Origin: an uncultured Anaerolineaceae bacterium
GTDB taxonomy: Bacteria > Chloroflexota > Anaerolineae > JAAYZQ01
DNA length: 32,692 bases
Direction of reading: 5' to 3'
Assembly (NCBI GenBank): GCA_964452125.1
Contig: CAYVLO010000003.1
Coordinates: 1 to 32,692 of the forward strand
Shown: positions 22,738 through 30,103 of the stretch, piece by piece
Layout of the letters: each line of letters starts with the position of its first letter
How positions within the stretch are numbered: position 1 is the stretch's first letter
The notes under the pieces: model-generated
What the model saw: the letters and a program-made list of their open reading frames with translations, nothing else
Databases searched by the model: none
Told to the model about the DNA's origin: nothing
Program-made: the position numbers and the translations under genes

Positions 22738-23169
22738 CTATCGGGAGGACCGCTTGGGCGCAGTGGGCACCTGAGAAAGCTCGACAACCAACCCACCGGT
22801 CGCCGAGGCCAGGAGATTGTACACCAGTCCCACCAATCCAACGATCAGGGCCAGCAACGCGCCGCTGAGCAGGGCGAGAGACATCACTCCCAGAAAGAGC
22901 ACCGCGCCAGAAACCGTGGTGGCGGTCTGCAGTCCACTCAGGACTCGCTCCAACCCCAGAGACTGGATCAGGTCAATGCGTGCGATCTCTTGGCCCCACA
23001 AGGGGAGGGCCAGATCCTGCCAACTATCCAGCCAGCGCGCCCCCGCATGCAACGCTGCGATGGCTGCCAGGCCACACAGCAGACTTGGCAGAAAAGCCGC
23101 CGCCACCCCCAGCAGGCAGCCGACTTTTGCCAGAGATCGCAGGCTCACACGACGTATGGCGACCTTCAT
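22738..23169 (-). CDS. Small two-TM membrane protein (DUF3566-like)
   Basis: N-terminal IRRVSLRSLAKVG, two long hydrophobic stretches and YNLLASATGGLVVEL; AGGAGG RBS. The family assignment is from recall. Confidence 0.65.
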   Translation of the reverse strand: MKVAIRRVSLRSLAKVGCLLGVAAAFLPSLLCGLAAIAALHAGARWLDSWQDLALPLWGQEIARIDLIQSLGLERVLSGLQTATTVSGAVLFLGVMSLALLSGALLALIVGLVGLVYNLLASATGGLVVELSQVPTAPKRSSR

Positions 23170-23187
23170 GACCGCCTCCTTATCGTT

Positions 23188-24276
23188 TCAGTCCCCAAAA
23201 GCGGAAACAACCCGATAGGGATCGGTGGCAATGATGCTTTGGGCAAAAATCTCCATCGACCCCACATCGGACGTGGTGCCCTGCAGATTTCCTCTGTCAA
23301 CAATTCGAAAAAGGAAGGGAAAACCCTCCCAATCCTCATCGACCGGAACCAGCGGCGGCTGATAAAGCCCGAGGTTAAAGCTCTGCACGCCCAACCGATC
23401 GACAAAGCACCGGAGCACCCGATACAGCGCCGACGTCAGATCGGAATCCAACCGAGGACCCAGGATAAGGGTTTCCTTTTCCTTGAAAGGTGTCAAAGAA
23501 GGCAAGATCCAAGCCGCGCCATGGGGCTCGGCCAAACCCAGCGACCGGTGCACAGCAACCAGATCATCGAAATAGCTCACGCCGTGGGAAGCGCGGTAGG
23601 CAAGGGCAGATCGTCGCCAGGCCTCCACCTTGGCATAGTGCATGCCCCGCGTCAAGGTCATCTGAGCATGTCCGTGCAGGATCGATGCACCGCTGCGCCA
23701 CAAGCAGTTCCACAGGAAAAACGGATAGCAAGCCTCGGGGTCGAGGCGCTGAGCCGTGCGAGCCCAGACCTGGGCCGTTTCCACATAGTCGGCCACCTGG
23801 TCCTGGGAAAACCGCAGAGGGTGATGCTCGTCAAAGACGATGACCGAATGCCAGCCATCGTACTTGGCGACGTTGGAAGCCGTGCGGCAGAACGTGCCCC
23901 GCACGCGCCCAAAAAGGTCGGAGGGGGTGCCTTCCTCAGCGCGGCAAAAGGGACCGCCCGTGCTGGCGGCGATGATCGCCTCCGGATCCTTGCCGTCCGT
24001 GGGCATCTCAATGGGCCGCCTGGCCCGCAGCTCGTTGAACAGAGATCCTTCAAAAGTGACCCGGTTGGTGACCTTGACGATGCGCTGCTCCTCCACCGCC
24101 TCCAGGGAGCCAAACCGCTCGGTGATCCAACCCCGCATAGGCTTGGGCGGCACGACCACCCCCGCGCTCACACTCACGTGGAAAATCCGCTCAAAGCGCT
24201 GTCGCTCTTCCAAGGGAAGGGCCGCTATCCGCCGGTCGAGGCAGGTGATCGTTTGCTCGCTGGACAAAGGGGTCAC
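23188..24276 (-). CDS. GalT-like (HIT superfamily) nucleotidyltransferase
   Basis: RARRP, PFC and GASILHGHAQ (HxHxQ). Start GTG 24276 overlaps the glgA stop (GTGA). Confidence 0.72.
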   Translation of the reverse strand: MTPLSSEQTITCLDRRIAALPLEERQRFERIFHVSVSAGVVVPPKPMRGWITERFGSLEAVEEQRIVKVTNRVTFEGSLFNELRARRPIEMPTDGKDPEAIIAASTGGPFCRAEEGTPSDLFGRVRGTFCRTASNVAKYDGWHSVIVFDEHHPLRFSQDQVADYVETAQVWARTAQRLDPEACYPFFLWNCLWRSGASILHGHAQMTLTRGMHYAKVEAWRRSALAYRASHGVSYFDDLVAVHRSLGLAEPHGAAWILPSLTPFKEKETLILGPRLDSDLTSALYRVLRCFVDRLGVQSFNLGLYQPPLVPVDEDWEGFPFLFRIVDRGNLQGTTSDVGSMEIFAQSIIATDPYRVVSAFGD

Positions 24277-25775
24277 GGCGTCTTCCAGTGATAGGCACTG
24301 AATTCCGTCCGAGGAAGGCGGCTCGCGCGAGCCCGATGGTACAACTCGATATAGCTGCGCGCCGACCGATCCCAAGAAAAGTCGGCCTTCATTCCCCGCA
24401 GTTGAAGCTGGCGCCAGGCGTCCTGGTGTCGATAGGTTTCGACAGCGCGAACCACGGCAGCAAATAGCGCCCAGCGATCGTACACCTCGAACACGAACCC
24501 TGTGCCCAGTCCAGTCCGTGGGTCATAATCTTGCACCGTATCCGCCAACCCGCCGACCGCACGCACAATCGGCACGGAACCATAGTGCATGGCGATCATC
24601 TGCCCCGTGCCACAGGGTTCCGTGCGGCTCGGCATCAGGAACATGTCGCTTCCTGCATAGATGCGCTGTGCCAGTGGAGCATTAAAGGTGAAAAAGACCG
24701 CCATCTGCCCAGGATACTGCCCCACCATGCGGCTCAAAAGCTCATGGTAGTGCTGCTCGCCGGTACCCATCACCACCAACTGAATTCCCAGGTCGAGGAG
24801 ATGGTCCACAACGTCGGTCAGGATGTCCAGTCCCTTCAAGTCGGTCAGCCTGGAGATAATACCGATGAGGGGCGTCTCCACCGCCTCGACCAGCTTGGCC
24901 TCGCGTTGCAGCGCCGCCTTGTTTTCCACCCGCCGATCCAGCGAAGACATGTCGAACCTCGTGGCGATGTGGGGATCGGTGGCGGGATTCGCCGTCTCAT
25001 AGTCTACGCCGTTCAAGACGCCAAACAGGCGATCCCGCCGGTCTCGAAGCATCGGATCCAGCCGTTCGCCAAATTCAGGGCGCAGGATCTCGCGGGCATA
25101 ACTTTCGCTCACGGTGTTCAGTAGATCCGCCGAATAGATGCCGCGGGCCATCAGGTCGACCACCTCGTTCAAGTCGGCCATCTCTGGGTGATAGATGAAA
25201 CCCCACTGATCGAGCCCGGCGACTTCGAGCACTCGATAGCCAAAGATGCCCTGATAGGCCAGATTGTGAATCGTATACACAGTAGCCACTTGGGCGAAAA
25301 AGGGATCGTCCCTGTAGATCGTGTTTAGCCAGTTGGGCACAATGGCCGTGTGCCAATCGTGGCAGTGGATCACATCAGGCACCCACTCCAAGAGCTTGAT
25401 CCCTTCCAGGATCGCGCGACAGAAGAAAATGAATCGGTCGGCATCGTCCGGGTACATGTAGATGCCCTGGCGATCAAAATAGCGCTCATTGTCCACCATA
25501 TAGACCGGCACATCGGAGCCGATAGTGGCCTGCAGCAGCCGGGCTTTTTCAACAGTGCGGTGCACCGGCACGTCAAAAGGGGCCAATGCTTCCTTCAGTT
25601 GAAATTGCTGGGGATCAATGCGCCCGTAGCGGGGCATAGCCACCCGTATATCGTGGCCCAGGGCGCGGATGGCTTTGGGCAACTCGCCGACCACATCGGC
25701 GAGTCCTCCCGTCTTGGCAAAAGGCGTCGCCTCAGCGGCGAGCATCAGGATCTTGAGCGATCCGTTTTCGGTCAA
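24273..25775 (-). CDS. glgA: Glycogen synthase (GT5)
   Basis: KTGGLADV, HCHDWHT, TIHNLAYQG, MPSRTEPCG and VGGLADTV; TTG start with GGAGGA RBS. Confidence 0.95.
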   Translation of the reverse strand: MTENGSLKILMLAAEATPFAKTGGLADVVGELPKAIRALGHDIRVAMPRYGRIDPQQFQLKEALAPFDVPVHRTVEKARLLQATIGSDVPVYMVDNERYFDRQGIYMYPDDADRFIFFCRAILEGIKLLEWVPDVIHCHDWHTAIVPNWLNTIYRDDPFFAQVATVYTIHNLAYQGIFGYRVLEVAGLDQWGFIYHPEMADLNEVVDLMARGIYSADLLNTVSESYAREILRPEFGERLDPMLRDRRDRLFGVLNGVDYETANPATDPHIATRFDMSSLDRRVENKAALQREAKLVEAVETPLIGIISRLTDLKGLDILTDVVDHLLDLGIQLVVMGTGEQHYHELLSRMVGQYPGQMAVFFTFNAPLAQRIYAGSDMFLMPSRTEPCGTGQMIAMHYGSVPIVRAVGGLADTVQDYDPRTGLGTGFVFEVYDRWALFAAVVRAVETYRHQDAWRQLQLRGMKADFSWDRSARSYIELYHRARASRLPRTEFSAYHWKTP

Positions 25776-25845
25776 TGGTCATCCTCCAATCGTACACTCT
25801 CAGCCTCGGTGATCTCTCCACTTGGAATCCATCCGAGCGGCCCAG

Positions 25846-25874
25846 AGTCTAACACACCTTGGAGGTTTTGGCAA
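25846..25874 (-). promoter_or_regulatory. Sigma70-type promoter for the glgA operon
   Basis: TTGCCA-17 bp-TAGACT with extended TG, the same pattern as the xpt promoter. Confidence 0.55.
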
Positions 25875-26047
25875 TCCACCGTTGGGTCTGGCTCACGGTT
25901 GCTCAAGTCGGTCGTTCAATCTGATGGTACCCTCGCCGCCCTCGAGACGGGGGCGGCCTACACGTCCAGCGGTCTTCCGCACCCCGCCTCTGGGCTCATA
26001 GCCTAATGAGGCTTGGCCGATGCAACTCCACTCGTCGCTGTGCCTGG

Positions 26048-27025
26048 CTAGTCGCCCCGGGGCGCCTGCATGTCCAACTCGGTTCGCACTGTACGATACA
26101 GCTCGGATGCCCGCAGATCGGCCAGGCAGTAGCAAGGTCCTCCCAGGGCATTGGCCAACTTTTGGGCCAGACCCCGGTCATAGGCTTGATGCTCCACGTT
26201 CACCACCACCGAGTGGACTCCCGCCCTTTGGATCAGATCGGCGATCCGAGCAGCCTCTTCCTGGGGAGGCGCATCGGTCAGCGAAACGTTGCCCGCGCCG
26301 TCGGTCAGGAGGATCATCAGGGGCATCGCCTGAGGATGAAGCCGTAGCTCGCGGCAAATGACACGATAGGCCAACATCAACCCCGCTGACAGGGGGGTCT
26401 TGCCTCCCACGGGCAGGTGCCGCAGGGCCGATTCAGCCAGGTCTACACTGGAGGTAAAGGGCAACGCCAGCCTGGCCTCCTCTTTTTGAAATACGATGAG
26501 GCCCACCTGGTCCCTCTTTTGATACGCATCGACCAACAACGACATGATGGCGCCTTTGGTGGCCTCCATGCGCTGGGTGCCCGCCATACTCCAACTGGCG
26601 TCCACCACAAACAGGACCAGGTTCGAGGCGCGCCGGACGCGGATCTTTTTCTGGACATCCTCCGGCAAGATGCTCAAACGGCCCAACTCGGTCTGTCGCT
26701 TGGTCTGCTGCAACGCCGCCTGGCGGATGGTCGCATCCAGGGCAATGTCACTCAGATCGCCGCAAGCTGGTTGAGATTGGATGTACCGCCCTCGCTTGCG
26801 GCTGGTTCGCGTCGTCGAACGCTTGCCCGCCGTGCGGCGCGTAATCCGGTCCATGGGGGATTCGAGCCGACGAGATCGGAACAAATCCCCCACGTCATGG
26901 ATTACGAGCGCTTCTTCGGCGTCCCCGATTCCCAGGGGTTCTGCGACATGACCTTGAAGGGTTGCCCCAGCACTTCCCGCGCCTGCGTCAATGGGACGAG
27001 GTGCTCGATTGCTTTCGAGGTCTTT
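26048..27025 (-). CDS. C-terminal (-1 frame) part of a chelatase subunit D: linker + VWA domain
   Basis: [33 protein letters not shown] and LTDG.GNV. The frame stays open upstream of the called GTG 26893 as far as TAA at 27098-27100, and there is no SD before 26893. Confidence 0.8.
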   Translation of the reverse strand, partial: KDLESNRAPRPIDAGAGSAGATLQGHVAEPLGIGDAEEALVIHDVGDLFRSRRLESPMDRITRRTAGKRSTTRTSRKRGRYIQSQPACGDLSDIALDATIRQAALQQTKRQTELGRLSILPEDVQKKIRVRRASNLVLFVVDASWSMAGTQRMEATKGAIMSLLVDAYQKRDQVGLIVFQKEEARLALPFTSSVDLAESALRHLPVGGKTPLSAGLMLAYRVICRELRLHPQAMPLMILLTDGAGNVSLTDAPPQEEAARIADLIQRAGVHSVVVNVEHQAYDRGLAQKLANALGGPCYCLADLRASELYRTVRTELDMQAPRGD

Positions 27026-28146
27026 TTTTTTTCGTCCGTCGGTTCCGTCATCGACGAATCGGACTTGTCTTCCGGTTTCTTGGATTCCTCGTTCTTTTTA
27101 CGGGCCTCTTCCAATTTCTTGGACAGGTCTGCCATCCGATCTTCCGTATCCTGGAACGGCTGACGCTTGAGCCTGTGGGGCAGGGCCAGCTCGGCTGCCG
27201 CCAGAATATCCAACTGGGAAAGGGCCGGCTCTTTCCCCCCCCCGCCGTTGCGGGCAAACCGGTACGCGGCATGGGCCAGGGCCGCCTTGAGGATTACAAT
27301 GTCCGCCCGGTGTCCATCCACCTCAAAGCTGGTGGTCAATTGAGCGATGGAGTACAGATCGGCGGGTTGGTAGCTCACAGAGGGCAGGATCTGGCGAGCC
27401 CGGGCGATTTCGTGGGACAGCTGGATCTCGTAGGGCTCCCATTCGGCCCGAAAGCCCTCTGGATCGCTCTCAAACTGCACAGTCCGCTCAAGAATGTCCA
27501 CGCGCGCCTCGTGCGAGGCAATGCTCCGGATCTCCACACAGAGGGCAAAACGATCCAACAACTGAGGACGTAGCTCACCCTCTTCGGGGTTCATGGTACC
27601 CACCAAGATGAAGCGGGCCGGATGACTGAAGGAAATGCCCTCTCGCTCCACGACGTTGCGGCCCATGGCTGCCGAGTCGAGGAGAAGATCGACGACGTGG
27701 TCGTCGAGCAGATTCACCTCATCGACATAGAGCAATCCGCGGTTGGCCGCTGCCAGTACACCTGGTTCGAACTTTTTCTTGCCGGTTTTGAGCGCCAATT
27801 CGATATCGAGGGTGCCCACCACCCGATCCTCGGTCGCGCTGACCGGGAGATCCACAAAGCGAGTTCGGTGAGTGGCCACCGGCAAGACCTCGCCATTGCT
27901 CACTCGCTCCTGGCAGAGATCGCACAGGTGATCGGGGCGGTGTGGATCGCACTGAAACGGGCAATCGGCCACCACTTTGATCTCGGGCAGCAACGCTGCC
28001 AAAGCCCGAGCCGCGGTCGATTTGGCCGTGCCGCGCTCTCCCCGGATCAGCACACCGCCGATCCTGGGGCTAATGGCGTTGAGGACCAACGCCGTTTTCA
28101 TCGACTCTTGTCCAACGATAGCTGTGAAGGGAAAAATTACCTGCAT
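26902..28146 (-). CDS. Mg/Co chelatase subunit I-like AAA+ ATPase (N-terminal frame of a frameshifted chlD-type gene)
   Basis: [61 protein letters not shown] and LPHRL. Confidence 0.93.
   Translation of the reverse strand: MQVIFPFTAIVGQESMKTALVLNAISPRIGGVLIRGERGTAKSTAARALAALLPEIKVVADCPFQCDPHRPDHLCDLCQERVSNGEVLPVATHRTRFVDLPVSATEDRVVGTLDIELALKTGKKKFEPGVLAAANRGLLYVDEVNLLDDHVVDLLLDSAAMGRNVVEREGISFSHPARFILVGTMNPEEGELRPQLLDRFALCVEIRSIASHEARVDILERTVQFESDPEGFRAEWEPYEIQLSHEIARARQILPSVSYQPADLYSIAQLTTSFEVDGHRADIVILKAALAHAAYRFARNGGGGKEPALSQLDILAAAELALPHRLKRQPFQDTEDRMADLSKKLEEARKKNEESKKPEDKSDSSMTEPTDEKKKTSKAIEHLVPLTQAREVLGQPFKVMSQNPWESGTPKKRS
27022..27032 (-). other. Putative programmed -1 frameshift / slippage site (A10G, containing A_AAA_AAG)
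   Basis: The minus strand reads GAC GAA AAA AAA AAG ACC in the ChlI frame; the -1 frame continues into the VWA domain. Confidence 0.75.
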
Positions 28147-28227
28147 GAACTCCTACCTGACTCTCCTGAGATAACACCACCCGCAGAACATCATCACATC
28201 AGGCCTCAGCCAACGCGCCTGCAGGCC

Positions 28228-28731
28228 CTAAAAGACCTTGAAATTTTCCTTTTTCACCTTGCACACGGGGCAGTGATCGGGTGGCTCGCCAATGTGCGTA
28301 AATCCGCATGTCGGGCAGATATAGACCTCGGCGATCTCGATGTCCTGGCCTTTTTCGGCAGTCTTACGAGCATCGCCATACATCTCCGCGTGGATCTTTT
28401 CCGCCTCGATGGCATAGCCCATACTGCGCTTGGCGCCCTTTTCCCCTTGAAGCTCGGCGACAGCAAGGTACGCTGCGTACATCTCGTCAACCTCAAAATT
28501 CTCACCCGCAATGGCCGTTCCAAGGTTAGCGACGACGTCGCCAACACCGCCCAACTCGCGCAGATGGTTGGTGGCATGGACCCGTTCCGCATAGGCAATC
28601 GCCTCAAATAGGCGGGCAATATTGGATTTGCCCTCCTTGGCCGCCTGGTCGGCAAAAGCCAAGTACTTGACACAAGCCTGGCTTTCGCCGGCAAATGCCG
28701 CCTTTAGATTTTCCTTTGTCATGTCTTTCAT
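28228..28731 (-). CDS. rbr: Rubrerythrin
   Basis: AFAGESQA, ERVH, GENFE and EKIH diiron ligands, plus C-terminal CPTC...CPVC; AAGGAG RBS. Confidence 0.93.
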   Translation of the reverse strand: MKDMTKENLKAAFAGESQACVKYLAFADQAAKEGKSNIARLFEAIAYAERVHATNHLRELGGVGDVVANLGTAIAGENFEVDEMYAAYLAVAELQGEKGAKRSMGYAIEAEKIHAEMYGDARKTAEKGQDIEIAEVYICPTCGFTHIGEPPDHCPVCKVKKENFKVF

Positions 28732-28768
28732 TTGATTGTCTCCTTTCAGACTGATTATTCAAGATCCC

Positions 28769-28789
28769 AAAAAACTCGGAGCATCCGAA
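28769..28789 (-). terminator. Possible intrinsic terminator between the receiver gene and rubrerythrin
   Basis: Minus strand TTCGGA-TGC-TCCGAG followed by T6; the stem is short. Confidence 0.45.
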
Positions 28790-28805
28790 AAGCTCACGAG
28801 GCAAA

Positions 28806-29204
28806 TCACGACGCACCCCCCGGGAGGGAACCGCCTGTCTCCGCTTGGGACAACGCCCTTTGTATATGCTGCAAAAGCACGGGAACAGAGAAAGGCTTTT
28901 GCACATAGCCAAAAGGAAAACGATGCCCACTGTGGGTGCGGCTGGGTGGTTCGGCCGATAGAAACACGATAGGAACCCTTGCTCCTGTCCACGAGTCCAG
29001 CATCTCCAAAGAAGCCAACCCCTCTCCATCTGGAAGATCCAGATCAAGGACAACGAGATCAACCTGGGCTTGGCCCAAAAGGGTCAACCCATGCTCTACA
29101 CTCACCGCCTCGCGAACAACCATGCCCAAGGATTCCAGGTTGACCCGGACCAGCTTGCGCATCCTCCAATCGTGCTCAACCACCAACACAGTACACGAGA
29201 TCAT
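28806..29204 (-). CDS. Single-domain response regulator (receiver)
   Basis: VLVVEHD, DLVVLDLDLPD (phospho-Asp), IVFLSA and QKPF. Confidence 0.82.
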   Translation of the reverse strand: MISCTVLVVEHDWRMRKLVRVNLESLGMVVREAVSVEHGLTLLGQAQVDLVVLDLDLPDGEGLASLEMLDSWTGARVPIVFLSAEPPSRTHSGHRFPFGYVQKPFSVPVLLQHIQRALSQAETGGSLPGGAS

Positions 29205-29210
29205 GGCACC

Positions 29211-29219
29211 ATTATACCA
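29211..29219 (-). promoter_or_regulatory. Extended -10 (TGGTATAAT) 6 nt before the ATG; probable leaderless transcript
   Basis: Minus strand TGGTATAATGGTGCCATG with no SD. Confidence 0.6.
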
Positions 29220-29310
29220 TGCAGGCTGTTAGAGTCGTGTTAGATTACCTCTGGCGGCCATAAAAAACGTATAAGAAGTGATAAGGTACGATCGGATGTC
29301 CAGCAAACCG

Positions 29311-29339
29311 ATCTTATCACAGACGAACCTCCCTGTCAA
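29311..29339 (-). promoter_or_regulatory. Near-consensus sigma70 promoter upstream of the receiver gene
   Basis: TTGACA-17 bp-TAAGAT with extended TG. Confidence 0.55.
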
Positions 29340-29404
29340 ACACCTCACCCGCACATGGAATCCAAAGCACGCGTCTGCAGGAGATCGCTGCCAGCGTAGC
29401 GTCG

Positions 29405-30103
29405 CTACTCGGGCCGATTGAACAGATAGCCTGCCCCTGGCTGAGTGAGAATGTAATAGGGGTTCGAGGGATCTGCCTCCAGCTTTTGCCGCAAGTACCG
29501 GATGTATACCCTGAGGTATTCGATCTCTTCGCCATACTCAGGTCCCCATACCCCGCGCAACAACTCGCGATGCAGAATCACCCGATTGGGATTCGAGGCC
29601 AGGTAGGCCAAAAGACGGTACTCGGTCGGCGTCAGCTTTACCGGCTCGCCGTCACGGGTGACCCGATATTGAGCAAAATCAATGGCGATCGGCCCAACCT
29701 CCAGGATCTGGCGCGACATGACCTGTTCAGGCCACTTGCTGCGGCGCAACACGGCCTGAACGCGCATGAGTAACTCGCTCACAGCAAATGGTTTGGTCAA
29801 ATAGTCATCGGCGCCCACCTCAAAACCACGCACGAGATCCACCTCGGTACTGCGGGCCGTGACCATGATCACCGGTACCGTGGAAAAATCGCGTAGGCGG
29901 CTGCAGACCGCATAGCCATCCAACTTGGGCAGCATCAGATCGAGCAAGACCAGATCGGGCGTCTCGCGTTCCACCATCGCCAGGGCCTCTTTGCCATCCA
30001 CGGCGGTCACCACCTGGTAGCCCGATGATTCCAGATTGGCCTTCACCAACTTGCGAACGTGCGGTTCATCGTCTACGACGAGGATCGTGGCCTTTTTACT
30101 CAT
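29405..30103 (-). CDS. OmpR/PhoB-family (KdpE-like) response regulator
   Basis: ILVVDDE, LLDLMLP, GADDYLTKPF, LTPTEYRLL, YLRVYIRYLRQKLE.DPSNP and PGAGY. The real start is ATG 30103, overlapping the kinase end by 8 bp. Confidence 0.93.
   Translation of the reverse strand: MSKKATILVVDDEPHVRKLVKANLESSGYQVVTAVDGKEALAMVERETPDLVLLDLMLPKLDGYAVCSRLRDFSTVPVIMVTARSTEVDLVRGFEVGADDYLTKPFAVSELLMRVQAVLRRSKWPEQVMSRQILEVGPIAIDFAQYRVTRDGEPVKLTPTEYRLLAYLASNPNRVILHRELLRGVWGPEYGEEIEYLRVYIRYLRQKLEADPSNPYYILTQPGAGYLFNRPE

Noticed and set aside
22567-24291. 574-aa plus-strand ORF
   Set aside because: It is antisense to two genes that have RBSs and motifs, and its composition is Arg/Gln/His-rich and shadow-like.
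26048-28146. Chelatase pseudogene or evidence of photosynthesis
   Set aside because: Both halves keep intact motifs and the break sits at a canonical slippery site. ChlI/D-like ATPases are common in non-phototrophs, and no bch genes are present.
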